A stretch of 64,000 bases of DNA from an uncultured Armatimonadia bacterium (GTDB taxonomy: Bacteria; Armatimonadota; Zipacnadia; CAVVLO01), in NCBI GenBank assembly GCA_963749155.1, contig CAVVLO010000002.1, positions 1,248,001-1,312,000 on the forward strand. Direction: 5' to 3'. The notes below the pieces were generated by a model. That model did not search any database, had not been told where the DNA came from, and worked only from the letters and a program-made list of their open reading frames with translations. The position numbers and the translations under genes are program-made. Positions 22,501-29,389 of the stretch are shown one piece after another; position 1 is the stretch's first letter; each line of letters starts with the position of its first letter.

Positions 22501-23529
22501 GAAATCGCGGAATTCTCTAAGCTCATTGTCTCGCCCGTAATAAAGCTCCCGGTCAGCCAGCTCGAAGCTGTGCAGAAACTTGTAAGGCCCCTCAGGCAGG
22601 ATTTTTAAGTCCTTTTTCCTGGGGCTGGCGAAGGTCGCCCTGGTCGAATAGCGCACCAGCCGGTTATACAGCGCATTGGCAAAAGCCTGGAAGGTGCCAC
22701 TCTCTCGGCAAAGCAACCGCCCAGAGCTGTTGCGAGTTTTAAGCAGGCTGACTACCTGGGGAAGATAAGCGTGAAATTCAAGTGCCGCTGGCTGTTCGAT
22801 CTTCAACCGTTCGAAGTGCTTCGCGTCGATAATCGGCACTTTGCGGTTGACCCACCACAGGCGCTCCCCATGCGCGCTTATGGCTGACACAACCGGCATA
22901 TCTCGTGCAGTAATAGACACCAACAAGGTGTTGTGGCGAGACAGGCGATGAAGGGTAGAACGCACCTGGGCCACATTGTGCTCGATAGTGCGAGTGGTCA
23001 CTGGCAATAACTGGTTGGCGAGATCGCCGCCCATCTTGATAAGAGTAACTTTTTCCGACTCGGAAAGAGCCTTGACGATTTCGCTGCGGGGGTGATGTCC
23101 GACCACAAAGAGGTTGTAAGCCTCACCAGGTAACAACCGTTCGGCTTTCAGTGCCTCTTCCAGCTTGTCAGTAGGATCAAAAGTGAAAACCAGAGCACAG
23201 TAGCCACGCGTGATTATCCTGGCAAGTTTGGCATATCCTTCGGCCATACCTTCGTCTTTTATGGCTTCCTGGGCCAGTTCGAAACCGCGCTTCTGTGGTT
23301 CTGGTGAGGAGTCGATGGCGGCCTCCAGTTGGGGCCAGAACTCCTCTTCGGCAAGCTCTGCCGCTTCTGGATGCTCGCTACGCCACCACTCGGCCAGGTG
23401 AGAGCGCAAGTTCATTGCCAGACTCGGTCGTTCTTCCGTCGCCGAGATTCCGCTTCCCAGTATGAGTACGAAGGCATCGCGCACGCCTTGATACTCGGCC
23501 ATCAGTTCCCCGATTTCCTGGATTACCAT
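19594..23529 (-). CDS. STAND (nSTAND1-like) ATPase with N-terminal degenerate SIR2-like domain, HEAT/TPR-like helices and C-terminal PQQ-type beta-propeller
   Basis: PYKFLHSFELADRELYYGR; Walker A GRGGAGKTS; Walker B IVFFDQYE; winged-helix YELTHE; repeated DAxTGxxxW blades. The N-terminus has VLILGSGIS/LIKMGGD/LWWVN. ATG 23529 follows GAGGA. Confidence 0.8.
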   Translation of the reverse strand: MVIQEIGELMAEYQGVRDAFVLILGSGISATEERPSLAMNLRSHLAEWWRSEHPEAAELAEEEFWPQLEAAIDSSPEPQKRGFELAQEAIKDEGMAEGYAKLARIITRGYCALVFTFDPTDKLEEALKAERLLPGEAYNLFVVGHHPRSEIVKALSESEKVTLIKMGGDLANQLLPVTTRTIEHNVAQVRSTLHRLSRHNTLLVSITARDMPVVSAISAHGERLWWVNRKVPIIDAKHFERLKIEQPAALEFHAYLPQVVSLLKTRNSSGRLLCRESGTFQAFANALYNRLVRYSTRATFASPRKKDLKILPEGPYKFLHSFELADRELYYGRDNELREFRDFLADEEKRLWLLIGRGGAGKTSFVKAGLLPKFIEDEQPYLYVRYEENLLEAFARAIREDLGFEPEPSESIAEMVLAAAKQVDKRCIVFFDQYEHVMLRLGPASRDWLNAEFEQLVKAEEANITLVLMFRERFMARLDEARNHLPQVFEHIYRLPFLSFDGARSAITKPAGRFGIGFEADLVEQIIVDVSGEGVDPPKLQIVCGKLFQELENKQELATRAMYQKLGGAERIVGQYLDESLKKLKGNERRLGIAVLKALAGSFNTTIGITFERLQLEARAKADQMERVLLHLHDAGLVRRVGNPQERRYELTHERIVDDIYKSLSPEEILAKQLRDLLVRSERDWQRYNSLMSADSVAVIHRHRRELEFEPDQLELLVRSSMTTGVAVRYWAQKALELGDRGGAILEEMLPKASEATRVRLAGALKESKSPRTLRLLLSELTERGGPSEEEVLASLKEQLPQLHKLLEETDEETVARAADALARLQDKTAATDIIKALKRTELEPTHRKLLRAYERILGEKAADQLVQELQKASASEQLALAIRMARASARHKLIEALQKAKDTKSEGAIQLVLGLLRVDQKQYTAAREHLQAALRVLPTLEQLEEFRLSYQLALTPPETEELLQETFWVASRGGPRGHGALPSKLTAPLEQSWIFNAPAMVITDPLVAEGLVVIGCASGQVLACDAQTGAKVWEAKAGQTLAATGTYSEGYYYFASQEGEVFRFEVNDGDSKRVLDLKRELRAPLLAHSGRLLLPDWQGTLHCINLATGEPTWQFSAGSRLLAQPVLQGDTCYIGSWDQHLYAIALETGELRWRFRAGSEIYSAAAVVDDLIYTGSDDGGLYCLASGSGEVIWERQLGSALRASPCYTAGQLLVATGKGEVMALDAGTGETLWSQEVGDEILASPALSEGWAYVGAMNGSFYAFKLEDGEQVTLFDTAYGIQQSAAIGEDHIYVPSRYYDLTAFAGQEED

Positions 23530-23624
23530 CGTCCTCGGGCTTCGCCCCTGCCCCCATCTAACCTCTGGCAATATCGCTCGTGAAAGCTTTTCCCAGCGAG
23601 CTTGGTACTGCGACTATATACTAG

Positions 23625-23664
23625 ACGACTGGCGGCCGGTAAGCAAACCCGCGCCGCCAGTCGT
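23625..23664. terminator. GC-rich hairpin downstream of rubredoxin
   Basis: GACGACTGGCGGC...GCCGCCAGTCGT inverted repeat. Confidence 0.5.
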
Positions 23665-23814
23665 TGTAGACTGCTAGTGTTCTCCAGCGAACAAGCTGCG
23701 TGATAGCCTCTTTCGCCGGCTGTTGCGCAACTCCTTGCTAAAACTGGCTATCAAGCTTTTCTAGCTAGCAAGCTAACTTGCCTTCAAGCTCTGCTTGTGG
23801 TCTCCAGCTTCAGA

Positions 23815-23973
23815 TTATTCAGCCGAGAAGTCGCTTTTGCCTGCCCCGCATACTGGGCAAACCCAATCCTCGGGCACATCTTCCCAGGCAGTGCCCGGGG
23901 CGACGCCGTTATCTGGATCGCCCTCAGCGGGATCGTAAACATATCCACAGATATCGCATACGTATTTCTGCAT
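23815..23973 (-). CDS. Rubredoxin (52 aa, absent from the ORF track)
   Basis: Manual translation [60 protein letters not shown]. Confidence 0.97.
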   Translation of the reverse strand: MQKYVCDICGYVYDPAEGDPDNGVAPGTAWEDVPEDWVCPVCGAGKSDFSAE

Positions 23974-24009
23974 CGGTCCAGCCCTCCTGCTTCTTTACCA
24001 GAAGCGTGA

Positions 24010-24511
24010 CTAGTTGGCGCGGCGCACCGCGGCCAGATGGCTACTCAACATATTGACGTGATGCATCTCTTCCTTCGCCAGCTGCTCGACCTTGTCCTTC
24101 CCGGAGCGGTCAGGCGTCATTTCAGCCAGGCCATTATAGAACAGCACCGAGTCCTTCTCGAACTGGATGGCCTTGACCAAAATATCTTCCAGGCTTTCCT
24201 GCCCGGTCAGCAGGTCGGCGGGACTCTGCCTGGTGTTGAATATATGGCTGTCCGCCAGCGCCTTCAGGTACATATCAAGCTCGCCGTCCGGATCATAAAG
24301 CTGCGGCTGCCGGGCTTTTTCTGGCAACGATTTTAGAAGGTCCAGGAAGAGCTGCTCATGCTGCACTTCCATCTCGGCCAGGCCAAGCAGCAGCTTGCTG
24401 CCGGCTTCATCCTGCTGGAACTCTGCGGCCTTGCGATAGAACTCGCTGGCCATTGCGCTCGATTAGCGCTGCTGTCTCATAGATTTCTTCTGCGTTAAAG
24501 GTGAGGCTCAT
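24010..24511 (-). CDS. Ferritin-like/rubrerythrin family protein (frameshift near 24449)
   Basis: MSLTFNAEEIYETAALIERNG joins SEFYRKAA... after removing one base. Two ExxH motifs (EVQH, EMHH). Confidence 0.85.
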
Positions 24512-24516
24512 CGGGG

Positions 24517-25050
24517 TTATCCTCCTGCTACAGGCGCTTCGGCAACTGGCAACACAAACGGCACCGGGCGAGCGCCAAATTCTTTGTCTATCATATAGGT
24601 GCCAGCCATATTGCCCTGGACCATCTCGGTCTTGGCTACATTCTGCTCCGCGTTGGCCTCTTCCTCTACCTGCTCGTCCACATACCACTGCAGCATGGAA
24701 GCGGTCGCGAAGTCTTTCTCTTCCTGCGCCAGCACCATCAGATTATTGATGCGGCCAGTGATATAACGCTCGTGATCCAGAGCGGCTTTGAAGGCCTCAA
24801 CGGGCGTTGCCCACTCTACCTGAGGCGCCTCCAGCGCCGCAAGCTTTGCGCGGCCACCGCGCTCCAGGATGTAGTAGTAGAACTTCATCGAGTGGATAAG
24901 CTCTTCCTTGGCCTGCACATTCATCCAGTGAGCCATACCCATCAGGTTCTTCGCTGCGAAATCGGCCGACATTGCCAGGTACAGATAGCCCGAGAACAGT
25001 TCGGCCGCCACCTGGTCGTTCAAGGCAGTTTCCATTTTTTCGGTAAGCAT
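24517..25050 (-). CDS. ftnA: Non-heme ferritin
   Basis: Motifs ALNDQVAAELFSGYLYLAM, QAKEELIH and LQWYVDEQVEEE. Confidence 0.93.
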   Translation of the reverse strand: MLTEKMETALNDQVAAELFSGYLYLAMSADFAAKNLMGMAHWMNVQAKEELIHSMKFYYYILERGGRAKLAALEAPQVEWATPVEAFKAALDHERYITGRINNLMVLAQEEKDFATASMLQWYVDEQVEEEANAEQNVAKTEMVQGNMAGTYMIDKEFGARPVPFVLPVAEAPVAGG

Positions 25051-25097
25051 CTTTCTAGCCTCCTTTTAGCTCTTCATGCAAGGGACTTCAGTTAGAA

Positions 25098-25135
25098 AGG
25101 AACTCCCCCCTTGCGGGCGGAGTTCCCTCTTTTTC
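25098..25135 (-). terminator. Putative terminator between peroxiredoxin and ferritin
   Basis: GGAACTCC...GGAGTTCC stem flanked by A/T runs. Confidence 0.55.
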
Positions 25136-25155
25136 AAACTAATCGCTGGCTGGGA

Positions 25156-25839
25156 CTACTTGGCGCCTGGATCTTTCTTGAAGCAGAGGAACCAGTCGAG
25201 ACAGTAGTAGTCGTCGCCAGCGCCTTCGACGCGCTCTTTGGCGGCGCCGCAGCTGCCGGGCGGGGGAACGATAACATCCTCACCGGGCTGCCAGTTGGCC
25301 GGAGTTGCGATCTTGTATTGGTCGCTCCGCTGCATGGCAATCAGCAGGCGCTTGATCTCTTCCATATTGCGCCCGTTGGACAGGGGGTAGTACAGCATGG
25401 CCCTGACCTTGGCCTCCGGGTCGATGACGAACACTGCACGGACAGCCTGAGTGTTGCTTGCGGTAGGCTGCAGCATCCCGTATTTCTTGGCGACTTCCAT
25501 CGTCAGGTCGCTGATAACCGGGAACATTACCTGGATGTTGCTCATACCCTTGAACTCGATTTTCTCGGCGATGGTGCGCAGCCAGGCGATGTGGCTGAAA
25601 GTGCTGTCGATTGACAGCCCGATTAGCTCACAGTTTAGCGCCTTGAACTGGTCGGTCATTGAGGCGAAGGTCATGAACTCGGTGGTGCAGACGGGTGTAA
25701 AGTCAGCCGGATGGCTAAAAAGAATGACCCATTTCCCTTTGTAGTCATTCGGGAAATTCATTGGGCCTTGCGTCGTCTCGGCCTGGAACGAGGGAGCTTT
25801 GTCTCCAATAAGTGGCAGATGACCAAACTGTTCTTCCAT
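25156..25839 (-). CDS. Peroxiredoxin (Prx6 / archaeal-bacterial type)
   Basis: Motifs FSHPADFTPVCTTE and ATPANW; C-terminal CLDWFLC. Confidence 0.95.
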   Translation of the reverse strand: MEEQFGHLPLIGDKAPSFQAETTQGPMNFPNDYKGKWVILFSHPADFTPVCTTEFMTFASMTDQFKALNCELIGLSIDSTFSHIAWLRTIAEKIEFKGMSNIQVMFPVISDLTMEVAKKYGMLQPTASNTQAVRAVFVIDPEAKVRAMLYYPLSNGRNMEEIKRLLIAMQRSDQYKIATPANWQPGEDVIVPPPGSCGAAKERVEGAGDDYYCLDWFLCFKKDPGAK

Positions 25840-25903
25840 TGTTATTCCTCCTGTTCAAGTGTGATTCAAGCCCGTATGGGCGTCTTCCCGTCGGGGTACT
25901 GCT

Positions 25904-26478
25904 TTAGAAACAACCGCAAAGCGCCTCAAAATAGGCCTTTGGATGCGCGCAAGCCGGACACTGGTCAGGAGCTGCTGGTCCAGTGTGAATATAGCCGCAG
26001 TTGCGGCAACGCCACTGGTTTACCCCTACGCGCTCGTACATCGTGTCCTCTTCGATATATTTGGCCAGCGTGCGATACCGGCGCTCGTGATATGACTCGG
26101 CTACGGTGACGAACTCGAAGATCTTGGCGATTGCCTCGAAGCCTTCGGCGCGCGCGGTGTTTGCGAAACCTACATATAGCTCGGAAGCCTCGAACAACTC
26201 GCCTGCGGCGGCTTCTTCAAGGTTCTCTACGTTGTGCCGATAACGCCAGCAGGATACGAGGCGGTGATTTCTACCTCGCCTCCCTCAAGAAATTTGAAAA
26301 AGCGCTTGGCGTGCTCTTTCTCCTGGTCGGCGGTTTCGGCGAAGATGGCTGCGACAAGCTCATAGCCTTCCTTTTTGGCTTGCCCTGCAAAATAGGTGTA
26401 CCGGTTGCGAGCCTGAGATTCCCCTGCGAAAGCTTTGAGCAGATTCTGCTCGGTCTTGGTGCCCTTAATAGATGCCAT
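25904..26478 (-). CDS. rbr: Rubrerythrin (frameshift near 26230)
   Basis: TEQNLLKAFAGESQARNRY...EKEHAKRF, plus AESYHERRY and the rubredoxin-like CRNCGY...CPACAHP in a second frame. Confidence 0.92.
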
Positions 26479-26517
26479 GAAGTCTCCTCCTTCAGTACCT
26501 GGGTTCAATGTTTCTGG

Positions 26518-26940
26518 TCAGGCTGACTCGTTCTTTTTGGTACATTCAGGACAGCGCCCTCTGAACTCCAGGCGGTGTTCAAGTACCTCGAATTCTTCGA
26601 TCTGATCGGCAAGCTCATCAAGCGCGCCTTCGGCATCGAGAGCCAAATCGAAGACCTTGCCACATTCGATACAGCGAAAGTGGTAATGGCGTTCTGTGTC
26701 AGCATCATAACGCCGTTTCTTACCGGTAAGCTCGAGCTTCTGGATCATACCGGCCTCTGCCAGGCACTCGAGGTTGCGGTAGATGGTCGCCAGGCTTACC
26801 TTGGGAACCTTCTTTCGGACCAGCACGAAAACTTCATCGGCTGTCGGGTGAGACCTCAGTTTGGCGAGTTCTTCAAGTATCGCTCTGCGCTGAGGAGTCA
26901 TCTTCATTGAGGATTTCTGCTTCCACTCGTCTTTTTCCAT
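26518..26940 (-). CDS. perR: Fur-family regulator, likely PerR
   Basis: Motifs TPQRRAIL, HPTADEV, SLATIYRNL, HYHFRCIECG and C-terminal CPEC; heads a peroxide-defence cluster. Confidence 0.8.
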   Translation of the reverse strand: MEKDEWKQKSSMKMTPQRRAILEELAKLRSHPTADEVFVLVRKKVPKVSLATIYRNLECLAEAGMIQKLELTGKKRRYDADTERHYHFRCIECGKVFDLALDAEGALDELADQIEEFEVLEHRLEFRGRCPECTKKNESA

Positions 26941-26950
26941 GGTCACCACT

Positions 26951-27002
26951 AATAGGAACTATTCTTATTTAGAATAATACTGGACATCTCCCGGTGCGTC
27001 AA
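26951..27002 (-). promoter_or_regulatory. Sigma70 promoter with an adjacent Fur/PerR-type operator
   Basis: TTGACG-N17-TATTAT (27002-26974); 19-bp imperfect palindrome AATAGGAACTATTCTTATT at 26951-26969 over the predicted start site. Confidence 0.7.
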
Positions 27003-27348
27003 GGTTTCTCTTCGAAAAAGGCAGGATTTTTTTCCAGAATCGCAGCAAGCCCTCGCGGATTCATCGCCTCAAATAAAAGCTAAACTCAGGGCAGCCTTAT
27101 ATATATGTAGTAAGTCGAGAAGGACCCCTTACATCTGTTACAATCCGTTGATTTCACGTCACAAGACGCTGTAGTAAATGTGCATATAAATTGATTTAGT
27201 AAAACCCTATTGCAATTTTGACAGATAGTGATACCATATAAGGTAGTCGGGAAATCACATCCTGTCGCCGCCGATTCCCTCATCGCCGAAACTGCTGTCT
27301 CCCCGACCAAACTAGCTCTGTGGCCCACGGAGGCTTGGAGGGATCTCA

Positions 27349-28353
27349 ATGCTCAAGTTACATCATCTGGTATTTGTCTCGCTGTGCCTGCTTCTCGTTT
27401 GTGCCAGCGTCTCACTGGCTGAGGATATTACTCAGCCACTTCTTGCGGACGGCGTACAGGTTGGATCGGTAACTGTCACTAATGACGCCGATCAGGTCTA
27501 CGTTACCCTGTCCGCCGATTATCCGTGGTCTCTTGTATCAGCTGCCGCCTTCATACAGGAGATTGAACCTGATTCCGGAGACCCTACGACTTTCAACTGT
27601 CAGGCGCCCGATACTCAAGGCGCCCCCTCCTGGACGTTCAGCGTCCGACGCATATGGGGTGCAATGCATTTCTACGTTGAGGCCTATGCGCTGCTGTCGA
27701 TGCCTGGACTGGAAACCTTGACCATCGCCACCACTTCCGGCGAGCCAGTCCAGCTCATAAGCACGCCCCTGGTAAATGGCTTCGGCAGCACCACTGGCCT
27801 TGCCCAGGTCGATGGGGTTGTTGATGATGAGGTGCCAGGGCTCCAGGTTACACTTTCTGCAGGGGAGAGCTGGGAGCTCCTTCAGACTTTTGTCTATGCC
27901 GGCGCTACCCCGCCCAGCAAGCCCAACCCCGCTGCCTTCCCCTACAGGCATATGGCGCTTTCTGGAGTAGACAGTGATCAGTTCTTCATCTCGCTGGATT
28001 CACTTGGCCTGGCCGAGGGAGATGAAGTCAATCTGGCCGCTTACGTCGTGAGCCGCAAGCTGCTTGGTTATTGGCGGAGTTGGCCTATCTACCAGTACAG
28101 CTTCGCCTGGGCCAAGGGCACAAGACTGCGCGAGTTGCCGGGTGGGCCACGCTGGAGTTGGGTTGACCGTATCGTTGGCTGCCAGGCGATGTACTTCACG
28201 ACAACCATCGCGCTGCCAGTAAGCGAGCCTGTTATTCCAGAGCCCATCTATGCCGAGGCCTGGTCGGCTGGTGACGCAGCGCCTCCCGATGGCCTGGGAG
28301 AGTATTTTGAATTCTTCGCTGACGACACAGAAGGTTCTCTCTTCTTCTGGTAA
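27349..28353 (+). CDS. Secreted hypothetical protein with two related beta-rich modules
   Basis: RBS GGAGGG; signal peptide; repeated VTLSAxxxWxL motif. Confidence 0.7.
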   Translation: MLKLHHLVFVSLCLLLVCASVSLAEDITQPLLADGVQVGSVTVTNDADQVYVTLSADYPWSLVSAAAFIQEIEPDSGDPTTFNCQAPDTQGAPSWTFSVRRIWGAMHFYVEAYALLSMPGLETLTIATTSGEPVQLISTPLVNGFGSTTGLAQVDGVVDDEVPGLQVTLSAGESWELLQTFVYAGATPPSKPNPAAFPYRHMALSGVDSDQFFISLDSLGLAEGDEVNLAAYVVSRKLLGYWRSWPIYQYSFAWAKGTRLRELPGGPRWSWVDRIVGCQAMYFTTTIALPVSEPVIPEPIYAEAWSAGDAAPPDGLGEYFEFFADDTEGSLFFW

Positions 28354-28377
28354 CCGACCGGTATTAGGTTCCGAACG

Positions 28378-28408
28378 AAAAGGGAGGCCCAGCTGCCGGG
28401 CCTCCCTT
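28378..28408. terminator. Terminator between convergent genes
   Basis: AAGGGAGGCCC-AGCTGCC-GGGCCTCCCTT. Confidence 0.75.
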
Positions 28409-28434
28409 GCTATTTGGCCATCCTGGAGACGACT

Positions 28435-29259
28435 CTAGCCAACGGGTATTTGGAACCACACCAGCTCATCCGGCTGACCTGGACGCATCACTCGCAGGGC
28501 AAGCTCCCAGATGCCAGCTTTGGACAGTTCACTCACAACTGCAAAAGGGCCTGGCTTTGCGGCTGTCACCGGCCACAAGCGCTTGCCAAGCTCAGGTTGG
28601 CCAGCAGGATAGAGGAAAAAGTTCAGCTTGACGCTCTGCACATCCACTCCTGACTCATCTGTCAGATGCACTTTAAGAGTTGTTTTACCAGCCACAAGGG
28701 CCTGGGGAGCAACTTGCAGTAGTACCTGGGCACCAGAGATCCTTCTGGTCTGAGCAATGCCAGTGCCAGCCATCATGCCGCCGGCCATCATCTTGCAGCC
28801 CATGCCACCGCTGGTAGAGGTCTTCGCCATCGAGTTGCAGCTGCAATCTTTACCCGCAGCCACTGCGCCGCAGTTCGCGCACTCGGACTGAGCACAGCCT
28901 GCCCCACAGGTCGGAGCTGCCATCGGCTGGCCCATCATCATGCCACCGCCCATGCCGCCGCCCATCATCTTGCAGCCCATGCCACCGCCAGCGGAGGCCT
29001 TCGCCATCGAGTTACAGCTGCAATCTTTACCCGCAGCCACTGCGCCGCAGTTCGCGCACTCGGACTGAGCACAGCCTGCCCCACAGGTCGGAGCTGCTGC
29101 ATCAGGAAGAGACATGGGCAGCTCTACACTCGGATAAGTCGCAACGGGGGTTGTGGGAGCGGTCGAAGGGGAATAGGGACACTGGGCCAGAGCCAGCCCT
29201 GTCATCAGCATCAACCAGATGCCGGTTGAAAGTACAAGTCTCAAGTGATACCACCTCAT
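28435..29259 (-). CDS. Secreted Cys/Met-rich repeat protein with C-terminal YtkA/FixH-like Ig domain
   Basis: Signal peptide, two Cys7 repeats with Met/Gly runs, and a C-terminal LKVHLTDESG...AGIWELALRV. Confidence 0.7.
   Translation of the reverse strand: MRWYHLRLVLSTGIWLMLMTGLALAQCPYSPSTAPTTPVATYPSVELPMSLPDAAAPTCGAGCAQSECANCGAVAAGKDCSCNSMAKASAGGGMGCKMMGGGMGGGMMMGQPMAAPTCGAGCAQSECANCGAVAAGKDCSCNSMAKTSTSGGMGCKMMAGGMMAGTGIAQTRRISGAQVLLQVAPQALVAGKTTLKVHLTDESGVDVQSVKLNFFLYPAGQPELGKRLWPVTAAKPGPFAVVSELSKAGIWELALRVMRPGQPDELVWFQIPVG
28785..29098. repeat. Intragenic tandem duplication with a 177-bp (59-aa) period
   Basis: The sequence encoding AAPTCGAGCAQSECANCGAVAAGKDCSCNSMAK...GGMGCKMM occurs twice, nearly identical. 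Confidence 0.95.
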
Positions 29260-29337
29260 ACCAGGCGAACCTGGAGAATGACTACCATTATAGTAGACGA
29301 ACAGGCTTACTCTCAATCCGGTTCCCGATATCAAAAA

Positions 29338-29368
29338 AGAGAGAGAACCTTTTACGAGTTCTCTCTCC
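29338..29368 (-). terminator. Terminator after the rhamnosidase gene
   Basis: AGAGAGAAC...GTTCTCTCT stem followed by T6 on the minus strand. Confidence 0.7.
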
Positions 29369-29389
29369 TTGGTGTGTCACGTCCAGTTA

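Noticed and set aside
23675..23755. Possible 26-aa minus-strand ORF MIASFSKELRNSRRKRLSRSLFAGEH
   Set aside because: No clear RBS or motif; cannot be supported.
26220..26240. Programmed frameshifting or stop read-through in rubrerythrin and the other split genes
   Set aside because: No shared slippery heptamer or stimulatory structure; the pattern fits random indel errors.
27000..27340. AT-rich intergenic stretch as a riboswitch or foreign DNA
   Set aside because: No recognisable aptamer consensus; consistent with divergent promoters.
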